From NCBI GenBank assembly GCA_016217835.1, contig JACRFQ010000043.1, forward strand, positions 1-63,235: a stretch of DNA of 63,235 nucleotides. Reading direction: 5' to 3'. Below the pieces are notes generated by a model. The model saw only the letters and a program-made list of their open reading frames with translations, was not told where the DNA came from and made no database searches. The position numbers and the translations under genes are program-made. Below, piece after piece: positions 1 to 8,799 of the stretch; the first letter of the stretch is position 1; every line of letters begins with the position of its first letter. Source of the DNA: Candidatus Levyibacteriota bacterium. Its GTDB lineage: Bacteria > Patescibacteriota > Microgenomatia > Levybacterales > UBA12049.

Positions 1-1
1 T

Positions 2-634
2 TATGAATTCAGCAAAAGGTTAATGGACGTAGCTTTTTCTTTAATTCTTATCGTTATCTTTTCCCCTGTAATTTTAATTGTTTCAATACTTATAAAATTA
101 GATTCAAAAGGCCCTGTTTTAGCAGATACTCCCCAAAGAATTGGAAGAGGCGGAAAAACTTTTAAAATGTATAAATTCAGAAGTATGATTCAAAATGCGC
201 ACGAAATTTTAAGAAATAATCCAAAATACGCAAATCTTTTTAACGAATACAAAAAAGGAAGTTACAAATTAAAAGATGATCCAAGAATTACAAAAGTTGG
301 GCATTTTTTAAGAAAGCACTCTTTAGATGAAGTGCCGCAGCTTTTTAATATTTTAAAAGGAGATATGAGTTTAGTTGGTCCAAGAGCTTATTATCCCGAT
401 GAATTAAGAGATCAGCAAAAAAAATATCCCAAAACGCAAACTGCCGTAAAAATTGTGCTTTCAATTAAGCCCGGGCTGACGGGTTATTGGCAGGTTTCTG
501 GCAGAAGCGAAATAAATTTTGATAAAAGAATTGAAATGGATGCGATGTACGTTAAAAAAAGATCAATTATTTATGATTTGTGGATTATTTTAAAAACCCC
601 CTGGGCAATGATTTCCGGCAAAGGCGCCCTCTAA
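2..634 (+). CDS. bacterial sugar transferase (polyprenyl-phosphate glycosyl-1-phosphate transferase, WbaP/PglC-like catalytic domain); 5' end possibly cut by the window edge
   Basis: Translation ..KRLMDVAFSLILIVIFSPVILIVSILIKLDSKGPVL..RIGRGGKTFKMYKFRSM..DEVPQLFNILKGDMSLVGPRA..PGLTGYWQVSGRS carries the hallmark motifs of the Bac_transf family. The frame is open from nt 2 to the ATG at 23. Confidence 0.85.
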   Translation, partial: YEFSKRLMDVAFSLILIVIFSPVILIVSILIKLDSKGPVLADTPQRIGRGGKTFKMYKFRSMIQNAHEILRNNPKYANLFNEYKKGSYKLKDDPRITKVGHFLRKHSLDEVPQLFNILKGDMSLVGPRAYYPDELRDQQKKYPKTQTAVKIVLSIKPGLTGYWQVSGRSEINFDKRIEMDAMYVKKRSIIYDLWIILKTPWAMISGKGAL

Positions 635-650
635 ATCTCTTCAAGAGCAG

Positions 651-680
651 TTGACACGTTTGTTATTTTCAAGCTATGAT
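651..680 (+). promoter_or_regulatory. sigma70-like promoter, TTGACA (651-656) - 18 nt - TATGAT (675-680)
   Basis: Read directly from the sequence. The ORF-track ATG at 676 lies inside the -10 box. The in-frame ATG at 688 lies 8 nt after the box. Confidence 0.45.
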
Positions 681-2661
681 ATATGTTATGGACGGTTTTA
701 AAAAAATAGATTTTAAACTTGAAGAACAAGAAAAAACCCAAACTCCGTCTACAGATTTAAAACCTTTAGAAAAAAACCCAAAAATGAAATTTAATTTTAA
801 AAAATTTATCAAAAGCAAAAAGGGCATTAGCGTTCTTTTAATTGTTTTATTTTTATTTTTGTTTGGTATTTTTGGTGTTTATCTTCCGGCAGTTAAGGTT
901 TATAAATCTGCAAAATTAACTTATCAGGATGCACAGGCTGCTTCTTGGGCCATAAAAACCCAAAATGTCTCACTAGCTTTAGATCAGCTCAAAAAAACTA
1001 AGACAGATTTGGCAATTACTCAAGCGAATTTAAATTCAATGTGGTATTTAAAATATGTTCCTGTTGCAAGTTTTTACTATAGTGATGCTTATCATTTAAC
1101 AAAAGCCGGTGAGCACGGATTAAACGCAGCGACAATATTGGTTGAATCGATTGCACCCTATGCTGATGTTTTAGGGCTTAAAGGTCAGGGGAGTTTTGCC
1201 GGTGGAACAGCCGAGCAAAGAATAGGGACGGCAGTTAAGGCAATTGGAAAAATAACCCCAAGAATTGATGATATCTCAAGTGAGCTTGCGATTGTCAGAA
1301 CAGAAATAGACAAGGTTAATCCGGATCATTATCCTGCCTTTATTTTTGGTAAAAAAGCGAAAAATACCATAGATAATTTAAGAACTTTAACTGATCAAAG
1401 TGTTGATCTTATTACAAACGCAAAACCCTTGATTAAAACTCTGCCGCAAGTTTTGGGTGAGCCCGATGAGAAAAAATATCTAATAATTTTTCAAAATGAT
1501 AAAGAGTTAAGACCAACCGGCGGATTTATGACTGCATATTCGGTATTTAGGCTTGATAGCGGTATTGTTCACGTTGATTCTTCAAGTGATATTTATAGCC
1601 TGGATGCAACTATTTCTAATAAGCCTGCCGCTCCAAGGCCAATCCTTGCTTATTTGCCAAAAGTTCCGCTTTTAAACCTAAGGGATGTTAATCTTTCTCC
1701 TGATTTTAAGGTTTCAATGGATGATTTTTCAAAAATGTACAAAACATCAGGCGGATATAAAAAAATTGACGGCATAATTGCTGTTGATACACACGCATTA
1801 GTAGCTGCGATGGAAGTTTTAGGAGATATAAACGTAAATGGAACAACGTTTACGACAAAAAATGATTCAAGATGCAACTGCCCCCAGGTTATCTATCAAC
1901 TTGAAGTAATCGCCGATCAACCGGCGCAGATTGTAAAAGAAAATAGAAAAGGCATAATCGGAGATTTGATGTATGCCATTATGAATAAAGCATTTTCTTC
2001 TTCGCCTAAAAAATATTGGGGACCATTATTCCAAACCATGCTTTTGCAGCTGTCTGAAAAACATGTGCTTACCTATATGTATGACAAAGATGCTCAGGCC
2101 GGTTTTGAGGGGTTAAATGCAGCCGGAAGAATACTTCCCTTTGAAGGTGACTACTTTCACTTAAATGAGGCTAATTTTGGCGGCGCAAAATCAAACATGT
2201 TTGTTTCACAATCAGTTACGCAAGATTATAGCGTTAGTTCAGATGGAGTAATTACAAAAACAGTTACAGTTGATTATAAAAACCCTTATCCTCCGTCCGA
2301 TTGTAATTTGGAAAGAGGAAATCTTTGTTTAAATGCGGTTTTAAGAAATTGGTTTAGGATATATGTTCCTAAAGGAAGCCAGTTGGTTTCGTCTAAGGGC
2401 TCGGAAGTAAAAATGACTTCTTACGAAGAATTAGGAAAGACAGTATTTGAGGGATTTTTGACAGTCAGGCCGCAGGGGGCGGCAAAATTAACAGTTTCCT
2501 ATAAGCTTCCGTTTAAATTGTCGAATAATTTATTATTGCCCCTTCTTGTTCAAAAGCAAGGCGGAACAAATGACGACAACTATAAAATAACAGTTAACGG
2601 AAGAACGGTAGAGGATTTTGATTTGGCAAGCGATAAAACCTTAAATCTTAAGCTAAAATAA
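676..2661 (+). CDS. DUF4012 domain-containing envelope protein (N-terminal TM anchor, large extracytoplasmic domain); true start may be ATG 688
   Basis: There is a TM helix ISVLLIVLFLFLFGIFGVYL. The motif YLIIFQNDKELRPTGGFMTAYSVF is typical of DUF4012 proteins. Confidence 0.75.
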   Translation: MIYVMDGFKKIDFKLEEQEKTQTPSTDLKPLEKNPKMKFNFKKFIKSKKGISVLLIVLFLFLFGIFGVYLPAVKVYKSAKLTYQDAQAASWAIKTQNVSLALDQLKKTKTDLAITQANLNSMWYLKYVPVASFYYSDAYHLTKAGEHGLNAATILVESIAPYADVLGLKGQGSFAGGTAEQRIGTAVKAIGKITPRIDDISSELAIVRTEIDKVNPDHYPAFIFGKKAKNTIDNLRTLTDQSVDLITNAKPLIKTLPQVLGEPDEKKYLIIFQNDKELRPTGGFMTAYSVFRLDSGIVHVDSSSDIYSLDATISNKPAAPRPILAYLPKVPLLNLRDVNLSPDFKVSMDDFSKMYKTSGGYKKIDGIIAVDTHALVAAMEVLGDINVNGTTFTTKNDSRCNCPQVIYQLEVIADQPAQIVKENRKGIIGDLMYAIMNKAFSSSPKKYWGPLFQTMLLQLSEKHVLTYMYDKDAQAGFEGLNAAGRILPFEGDYFHLNEANFGGAKSNMFVSQSVTQDYSVSSDGVITKTVTVDYKNPYPPSDCNLERGNLCLNAVLRNWFRIYVPKGSQLVSSKGSEVKMTSYEELGKTVFEGFLTVRPQGAAKLTVSYKLPFKLSNNLLLPLLVQKQGGTNDDNYKITVNGRTVEDFDLASDKTLNLKLK

Positions 2662-2664
2662 CAT

Positions 2665-3210
2665 ATGCGGTCTTTTAAAACAGAGGGAATTGTTATAAAA
2701 AGAAGAAATTATAATGAGGCCGACAGGATAATTACGGTTTTTTCAAAAAGAAACGGAAAAATAAATATAAAAGCCTCGGGGGTCAGAAAAATTACCAGCA
2801 GACGCAGCCCTCATATTGAGCTTCTTAATTATTCTATTTTTAGCCTGCATCAAGGTAAAAATATATCTACTTTAACAGAAGTTGATTCATTAAATAATTT
2901 CTCTGATTTAAAAAAAGACTTAAAAAAAATCGCAGCTGCCTATCATATTTGTGAGCTTATTGATGGTTTGTGCGCTGAAAATCAGGAAAACGAAGCTATT
3001 TTTAATCTTTTAACTAAAACTCTTAATAAAATATCAAACAATTTTAATTTAAAAGAAACTGTTTACGAATTTGAAATTGAGCTCTTAAGTCTTTTGGGTT
3101 TTCATACGTTTTCAATTTCAAAAATAAAAATTAATACCCAAGGGTTAATTGAAGGGATTTTAGAAAGAAAGCTTAAAACCCGCCAAATTTTGCTTCAGTT
3201 TACTTCCTAG
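2665..3210 (+). CDS. recO: DNA repair protein RecO
   Basis: The N-terminal OB-fold signature MRSFKTEGIVIKRRNYNEADRIITVFSKRNGKINIKASGVRKITSRR and the overall size fit RecO. Confidence 0.85.
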   Translation: MRSFKTEGIVIKRRNYNEADRIITVFSKRNGKINIKASGVRKITSRRSPHIELLNYSIFSLHQGKNISTLTEVDSLNNFSDLKKDLKKIAAAYHICELIDGLCAENQENEAIFNLLTKTLNKISNNFNLKETVYEFEIELLSLLGFHTFSISKIKINTQGLIEGILERKLKTRQILLQFTS

Positions 3211-3211
3211 T

Positions 3212-3231
3212 CCTGCCTGCCGGCAGGCAGG
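3212..3231 (+). terminator. GC-rich 20-bp perfect palindrome CCTGCCTGCCGGCAGGCAGG followed by TTT; terminator-like hairpin after recO
   Basis: Read directly. It starts 1 nt after the recO stop. The T-tract is short, so the call is tentative. Confidence 0.45.
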
Positions 3232-3251
3232 TTTAAAACTCCATTCTTTTC

Positions 3252-3260
3252 TGATATCAT
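3252..3260 (+). promoter_or_regulatory. extended -10 promoter TGaTATCAT, 6 nt upstream of the glyQS ATG (leaderless-type)
   Basis: TG at 3252-3253 and hexamer TATCAT at 3255-3260, with the ATG at 3267. Confidence 0.45.
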
Positions 3261-3266
3261 TAGGCT

Positions 3267-4550
3267 ATGGATAATCTAATGGAAAAAATTGTTGCGCTTT
3301 GCAAAAGACGTGGATTTATATACCCGGGATCTGAAATTTACGGCGGATTAACAGGCACCTGGGATTATGGACCCTTAGGTGCAATATTTAAGAAGAATCT
3401 CAAAGATTTATGGTGGAAAGAAATGGTGCAACTTCGAAGCGATGTTGTCGGAGTTGACGCGGCAATCATGATGAATCCAATGGTCTGGGAAAAATCAGGA
3501 CATTTAAAAGCTTTTACAGACCCTTTAGTTGAGTGTAAAGTTTGTCATCAAAGATTTAGAGCAGATAAAGAAAATGAAATTAAAGTTCATGAAAAAACTC
3601 ATAAAGAAAAAACCGAATGGACAACTCCTCAAAAGTTTAATTTATTGGTAAAAGCATACCTTGGAATTATCGAAGGGCAGCAGGACGAAATTTATTTAAG
3701 AGGAGAGATAACACAGGGCGCGTTTGTAAATTTTGAAAATGTAGCTTCTTCCACACGCGTTAAAATTCCTTTTGGAATTGCCCAAATCGGAAAAGCTTTT
3801 AGAAATGAAATAACGCCTGGGAATTTTACCTTCCGTTCCAGGGAATTTGAGCAAATGGAACTTGAATTCTTTATAAAACCCGATGAAGCAGAGGGAGATA
3901 AATGGTTTAACTATTGGAAAAATCAAAGAATGAATTGGTATACGTCTTTGGGAATAAATAGGGAAAACTTAAGATTTAGAAAACATGAAGAAAAAGAAAG
4001 GGCTCATTACGCAAAATTTGCCGAAGATATTGAATATAACGCGCCGTTTGGTTGGAGCGAGTTTGAGGGAATTCATAATAGGGGAGATTTTGATCTATCA
4101 GCCCATAATTTATCTTTTATAGATGAAGAAGGAAAAAAGTTTACTCCTTGGGTAATTGAGACTTCCGGCGGAATAGACAGAAGTCTGTTGTTTTTTTTAA
4201 TCGATGCTTATACGGAAGATGGGGAAAGAAAAGTGCTTAAACTCCATCCCAAATTAGCGCCTTACAAAGTTGCTGTTTTTCCGCTTTTGGCAAATAAAGA
4301 AGAATTGGTTTCAGAGGCTCGAAAAATCTATGAAAGCCTAAAGCAGGATATGATGGTTGCCTGGGATGACAGAGGAAACATTGGTAAGCGTTATTTTGCC
4401 CAGGACGAAGCAGGAACGCCGTTTTGTATTACAGTTGATTTTCAAACCCTTGAGGATAAAACCGTAACAGTCAGAGACCGTGATACCGCGAAGCAGGAAA
4501 GAGTAAAAATAAACGAACTACCAGAATACATGGCTAAAAAGCTTTCTTAA
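3267..4550 (+). CDS. glyQS: glycine--tRNA ligase (dimeric class II GlyRS)
   Basis: The N-terminus KIVALCKRRGFIYPGSEIYGGLTGTWDYGPLG and the motifs FRNEITPGNFTFRSREFEQMELEFF and ETSGGIDR are characteristic of GlyQS. Confidence 0.95.
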   Translation: MDNLMEKIVALCKRRGFIYPGSEIYGGLTGTWDYGPLGAIFKKNLKDLWWKEMVQLRSDVVGVDAAIMMNPMVWEKSGHLKAFTDPLVECKVCHQRFRADKENEIKVHEKTHKEKTEWTTPQKFNLLVKAYLGIIEGQQDEIYLRGEITQGAFVNFENVASSTRVKIPFGIAQIGKAFRNEITPGNFTFRSREFEQMELEFFIKPDEAEGDKWFNYWKNQRMNWYTSLGINRENLRFRKHEEKERAHYAKFAEDIEYNAPFGWSEFEGIHNRGDFDLSAHNLSFIDEEGKKFTPWVIETSGGIDRSLLFFLIDAYTEDGERKVLKLHPKLAPYKVAVFPLLANKEELVSEARKIYESLKQDMMVAWDDRGNIGKRYFAQDEAGTPFCITVDFQTLEDKTVTVRDRDTAKQERVKINELPEYMAKKLS

Positions 4551-4551
4551 T

Positions 4552-4573
4552 TATCATATATTAATATATGATA
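4552..4573. promoter_or_regulatory. palindrome copy 1, TATCATATATTAATATATGATA (candidate operator), in the glyQS / regulator gap
   Basis: Perfect 22-bp palindrome. It overlaps a TATGAT -10-like box (4567-4572) that lies 8 nt before the ATG at 4580. Confidence 0.6.
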
Positions 4574-4579
4574 TGAAGT

Positions 4580-4984
4580 ATGACTCATGTTTCTAAAAAA
4601 CAGCTTAATAAAAAAGCAGAAAAGGAATTGTTACATAATTTTAATTTAGTCCTAGCAGATATTAAACAAGAAGATGAAATGGAATATTTTCTTAATTCTC
4701 TGCTTTCCTCAACCGAAAGACTAATGTTAGCAAAAAGATTGGCAATAGTAATTCTCCTTAAGGAAGGCGTTCCTCACATAAGCATAGCTTCTGCACTTAA
4801 TGTAACTGAAGCTACTGTTTCCAGAATGCAATTATTTTTAGAGGCAAGAGGGGGAGGATACGAAGTTTCACTTAAAAAGTTAGCGAAGAAGAAAATGCAT
4901 GCAGAATTTAAGAGTTTCCTTTTAAAGCTAGCACGGTATTCTATCAGAGCTGCGGGTGGATACGTTAAACCCGGAGTTCTGTAA
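4580..4984 (+). CDS. TrpR-like YerC/YecD family helix-turn-helix protein (putative transcriptional regulator)
   Basis: EDEMEYFLNSLLSSTERLMLAKRLAIVILLKEGVPHISIASALNVTEATVSRMQLFLEARGGGYEV parallels the YerC/YecD (Trp repressor-like) pattern. Confidence 0.75.
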   Translation: MTHVSKKQLNKKAEKELLHNFNLVLADIKQEDEMEYFLNSLLSSTERLMLAKRLAIVILLKEGVPHISIASALNVTEATVSRMQLFLEARGGGYEVSLKKLAKKKMHAEFKSFLLKLARYSIRAAGGYVKPGVL

Positions 4985-4986
4985 TT

Positions 4987-5016
4987 AAATTATCATATAT
5001 TAATATATGATAATTT
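4987..5016. promoter_or_regulatory. palindrome copy 2, 30-bp perfect palindrome AAATTATCATATATTAATATATGATAATTT (candidate operator)
   Basis: It begins 2 nt after the regulator stop codon. It abuts a TTGACT -35-like hexamer at 5015-5020 ahead of the 5086 gene. Confidence 0.6.
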
Positions 5017-5085
5017 GACTTTATAGATTATATTTATACAGACAAAAAAATCGGAGGTTTAAAAAAGATTAAGGCGTGTATTTAA

Positions 5086-5760
5086 ATGACCTGGCGATTT
5101 GATGCAGATCAAAAATGTATTACAATATTTCTAATGTTCAAAAAGAATAATTATAAATTAATTATCAATAAATGGTCTTTGGTGATTTTTATTTCTTTCG
5201 GTGTATTATTATTTTTTGTGGTTAGCCAAACTCAATTATTAAACACTCTTCTCCCTATAATTAATCATGAAATTATTATGAAAACATATTATGAAAAGGG
5301 TTTTGGTTGGAGTATTACATATCCTGCCAACATGAAAGTTGTTTCTAATTCTGTAGAAAATAGGGTCAGCGATCCAGACGCTATAGGCAACGCTGTAGAT
5401 TTTTGGGTTGATGGACCAACTCAACGAAGCGGGACGGAATTTCATGATGGGATTTTAATAACAATATTTATCGCAAACAAAGCTCCAGGTATGAGTCTTG
5501 AAGGATTTGCAATTCAGAAAAGCAGTAAATCCGGACTTAATAACAATTCATTATACCCAGTAAGTAAAATTGAAGTAAATGGAATAAATGGGTATCAATT
5601 CTTAATTTCAGAATCCGGAAAAACTCTAAGCATATTCTTGCCCTATAAAGACCGTGTAGATAAAGTTTTGGTTATGTATATAATTTCTGAAGGAAAAAAT
5701 AAGAGCGACTACGATGCTTTATTGAAGAAAATGCTGGATACGTTTAGCTTTGAGGAGTAG
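5086..5760 (+). CDS. hypothetical membrane-anchored extracytoplasmic protein (start may be the internal ATG at 5134)
   Basis: There is one N-terminal TM helix (WSLVIFISFGVLLFFVV) followed by a soluble domain of about 160 aa. I recognise no family. Confidence 0.6.
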   Translation: MTWRFDADQKCITIFLMFKKNNYKLIINKWSLVIFISFGVLLFFVVSQTQLLNTLLPIINHEIIMKTYYEKGFGWSITYPANMKVVSNSVENRVSDPDAIGNAVDFWVDGPTQRSGTEFHDGILITIFIANKAPGMSLEGFAIQKSSKSGLNNNSLYPVSKIEVNGINGYQFLISESGKTLSIFLPYKDRVDKVLVMYIISEGKNKSDYDALLKKMLDTFSFEE

Positions 5761-5776
5761 TAATGCTTTTTTATAG

Positions 5777-6316
5777 TTATAAAAATCTGATTGAGTTGAT
5801 GATTTCCTCAAATTCTTTCTCATACTGGGAGGGGTCTGGTTCTTTAGAGATTTGCAAAATCTTGTTTCCATTTTTCAAAAAATAGTGAACTAACTCTTCA
5901 TTACTTGGCGTTCTGGTAGTATATTTATAAAATGTTCCCCCTGATACTTGCTTTATGTCTTTAGAGATTATCTCATCTGGTCTATCTTCTTTGCCCTCTC
6001 CACAGGCAGGATATTTCAAATCATCCTCGAGGGATGAAAAACAATTAGAGAATTCGCTTATGTATATCTCGACCTGCTCGGCTGATGGTTTATCATTTCT
6101 ATTTTGATTTGTTTTATAATCTGTTAAAAGAATACTCTGGTATCTATCGTCTATATACCACTCTTTAGGATAGCTTAGGGATATTTTTAAATCTTTACTT
6201 ACGTGTTGCGTTGTACCTTTTTGCTGCCAATTAAGAAGGAGGATGACAAAAACAGCAATTATAATTGCAATTATTAAATAAATTAATTTTCTATGTTTAC
6301 TCTTTACTCTTATCAT
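5777..6316 (-). CDS. hypothetical membrane-anchored extracytoplasmic protein
   Basis: The N-terminal anchor is LIYLIIAIIIAVFVILLL. It overlaps the end of the upstream M23 gene by 20 nt, which suggests an operon. Its architecture resembles that of the 5086 product. Confidence 0.6.
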   Translation of the reverse strand: MIRVKSKHRKLIYLIIAIIIAVFVILLLNWQQKGTTQHVSKDLKISLSYPKEWYIDDRYQSILLTDYKTNQNRNDKPSAEQVEIYISEFSNCFSSLEDDLKYPACGEGKEDRPDEIISKDIKQVSGGTFYKYTTRTPSNEELVHYFLKNGNKILQISKEPDPSQYEKEFEEIINSIRFL

Positions 6317-8552
6317 GTGGTACTATTACCTCCGTTTGCGCGCTTGATTTATTTCCGGCAAAATCAATTGTGTCTATATTTATTATATACTTTCTTCCGT
6401 CAAAATCACTACTGTTTCTTCTGGCTTCAAGAAAAATAGTATCCCCGAATTCATTAACTTCGGGCATAGTCATACCGTACTCATCTATTATGTTAAAGGT
6501 TTTATTTGCAAGATGCAATTCTTGGATAAAACCGCTAATTTTTACGGGAACGAATTTACCATTAGGAGGCCAAAGAACCTGAGGATCTGGGAATACTGAT
6601 ACAATAGGCGGTGTTTTATCAATAGAAAAAGTTATTATTTTTCTATCTTCTTTGTTTTCAGCCTTATCATAAGACTCATATGTAATTGTATGCGTTCCTT
6701 CGCTGGAAAATATGATTGGGTCTTTATATTCAAACCAATCGCTGCCGTTAATTGTATAAAGCGTATACTGGAGGCCTATGCCTCCATCGTTATCATATCC
6801 TTGTAGTTCAGTGCTTACGTCTGATCGATACCAACCTTCTTGACCTTTATCTCCTGAGATAATAACATCCGTTACTGGAGCAATCAAATCCTTTAGCTCC
6901 CCCATTAATGCAAATTGCGAAAAGTGAGTAGTCTCCGTAGAAACCTTTTTATTCAGCGTATCAACAATACTTGGCAATCCCTCCCATTGTCCTGTCTCTT
7001 CATTAAACCAATAAATCTTTAAAGACTCTTCGTTGATATTTAGCAAATCTGCATCTGCATAGTCGTAGGTTATGGTTACTGGTTGTAGAAACTGGGTAAC
7101 TTTCTGTCCGAGACTATCAAAGGCATTAAGAAAAATAGAGGGCATAACGCTTTTTATTAACCCATTTGATTCAAAAGGACCAAAATCCGCGATAATTTTT
7201 ACTTCAGCGTTGAATGTGTTACTAGATATGCTAACTAGAATATCTCCAAGTGAGATTGACCCGCCGGCAGTTGGAATTTCTTCCTGTTTTGGCGGCACCC
7301 GGGCAATAAAGAGATTATAGCTAGGTGTTCCTTTTCTGCCGTTGCTTTCCCACTGTGTCCAGGGATCTGAGTTCTCTCCTTGCCATCCTAGCGGATCAGT
7401 AACACCCCATGGAATATCGTCATCAAACGTGTCGCTTTCATTCGAGTCTTTAAAAACGGAGAAATGGATATGCGGACCGCTGGTATTGCCAGTCATACCA
7501 ACTTCTCCAATTTTATCTCCTTTGTTAACAAAAATTCGTTCTTGAGTTGAGGATACAATGAGACCATTTGGTGATAAATGTTCATACCAGGATTGATATC
7601 CATTCTCATGGTCAATCTTAATAACGTTTCCTGCTCCTCCGCTTTCTGACTCTGGTTTAAAAGTGGCCCAGCCGGACGCGGCTGCAAGAACCGGTGTACC
7701 AAGAACTACACCGTTTTTCAAACCATAGTCATACCCATTGTGCGATCGATAAAAACCATTAATTTCATTTCCCTTGAAAACGAGAACTTTTTCTTCACAG
7801 CAAGGGACATTTTGTAAGGGATATTGATGATCAAACCATGAGACTGGATTGAGGACAACATTTTCAAAGCTCTTTCCTTTTCCTTCATAATCCCAAGGTA
7901 AGTCTAAAAACGGTTGTACAGAAGCCGGTGTAGGCGTGGGTGTCGGCGCAATAGGAGGCGTATAGTCAAATGCAATTTCAAAGTTGTCAATATTCGCGTA
8001 CCAACTTTGTGATCCCGAATAGTTAATTCTCCAGATAAAATTATTTGTTTTGACATTATTAAGCGATAGACACGAGGAGAGTACCCCATTAGAAATTGGC
8101 GTAGTCACAGTATAAGTAGATATGTTTATACCATTAAGAATCCACATAGTCCATAAATCGGAAAGTACTTGGCAGTTTGATGTATAGCTTGTTCCAGGGG
8201 ACACTCCCACGTAAAGGCCAATATTTGCTTTTCCTATTACCCGAATCTTGATATTGGTAATAGTTGAGCCGTCAGGAATACCAAAGTCTCCAAAATTCCT
8301 GAAATAAAGATTCCCATAGCCTGATCCTAGGGCTCTGTTACAGGTCAGTCCATCAGTTGCAGAACAGTTTGACATATCGGTATATACATTGTATGTGTTG
8401 CCGATTATTACATCTGTAGTTACGGTATTCGCGCTTCTAAAAACCGTGGTTTCCGCATAAGAGGTATTATGAAGTAAAATAAAAAGTACTCCTGAAACAA
8501 ATAAATAAAAAAGAATTCTTAAGAAAGCTTTTCTACCTTGGGCAGTAGGCAT
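6297..8552 (-). CDS. secreted multidomain M23 (LytM-type) metallopeptidase
   Basis: It has a signal or anchor sequence FLRILFYLFVSGVLFILL. The M23 motifs are HNGYDYG and GNTSGPHIHFSVF. A Pro/Thr linker PPIAPTPTPTPAS is present. The C-terminal Ig-like or OmpL47-type segment reads YTINGSDWFEYKDPIIFSSEGTHTITYESYDKAENKE. Confidence 0.85.
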   Translation of the reverse strand: MPTAQGRKAFLRILFYLFVSGVLFILLHNTSYAETTVFRSANTVTTDVIIGNTYNVYTDMSNCSATDGLTCNRALGSGYGNLYFRNFGDFGIPDGSTITNIKIRVIGKANIGLYVGVSPGTSYTSNCQVLSDLWTMWILNGINISTYTVTTPISNGVLSSCLSLNNVKTNNFIWRINYSGSQSWYANIDNFEIAFDYTPPIAPTPTPTPASVQPFLDLPWDYEGKGKSFENVVLNPVSWFDHQYPLQNVPCCEEKVLVFKGNEINGFYRSHNGYDYGLKNGVVLGTPVLAAASGWATFKPESESGGAGNVIKIDHENGYQSWYEHLSPNGLIVSSTQERIFVNKGDKIGEVGMTGNTSGPHIHFSVFKDSNESDTFDDDIPWGVTDPLGWQGENSDPWTQWESNGRKGTPSYNLFIARVPPKQEEIPTAGGSISLGDILVSISSNTFNAEVKIIADFGPFESNGLIKSVMPSIFLNAFDSLGQKVTQFLQPVTITYDYADADLLNINEESLKIYWFNEETGQWEGLPSIVDTLNKKVSTETTHFSQFALMGELKDLIAPVTDVIISGDKGQEGWYRSDVSTELQGYDNDGGIGLQYTLYTINGSDWFEYKDPIIFSSEGTHTITYESYDKAENKEDRKIITFSIDKTPPIVSVFPDPQVLWPPNGKFVPVKISGFIQELHLANKTFNIIDEYGMTMPEVNEFGDTIFLEARRNSSDFDGRKYIINIDTIDFAGNKSSAQTEVIVPHDKSKE

Positions 8553-8633
8553 ATATATTTAAACTAGTTTCCTTTTTTTGGAAATGCAATAAGAGTTATG
8601 GTATAAAACCCTATCAAAACAAATAAATTGTTT

Positions 8634-8663
8634 TAATTATCATATATTAATATATGATAATTA
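8634..8663. promoter_or_regulatory. palindrome copy 3, 30-bp perfect palindrome TAATTATCATATATTAATATATGATAATTA (candidate operator)
   Basis: It lies 82 nt upstream of the start of the minus-strand M23 gene (8552). A TTGATA-N17-TCTTAT promoter-like pair lies between it and the gene on the minus strand. Confidence 0.6.
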
Positions 8664-8799
8664 GGAGTAAGTAGTATCAATTATTTAAAATTTATTGTTA
8701 CTTAACTTAAGCTTCAAAATAAGAAAGGGCAAAAATTGATGAGCTTTCGGATTATCTTCAAGATAAACTCAAATAAGTTTGTATCATATCCCGAGAAGC

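Noticed and set aside
2202-2209. parS-like half site TGTTTCAC
   Set aside because: Only half of the 16-bp palindrome is present. It lies inside the DUF4012 coding sequence and is most likely a chance match.
5768-5785. A/T-only hairpin TTTTTATA-GT-TATAAAAA between the convergent 5086 and 5777 genes, considered as a bidirectional terminator
   Set aside because: The stem is made entirely of A-T pairs and overlaps a stop codon. It is too weak to call without 3'-end data.
8782-8789. Half-sites of the 22-bp palindrome (TATCATAT at 8782-8789 and TATCATATA at 47592-47600)
   Set aside because: These are single arms only, with no dyad partner. An 8-9-mer made almost entirely of A and T is expected by chance in this genome. 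The second one is better explained as an extended -10 box.
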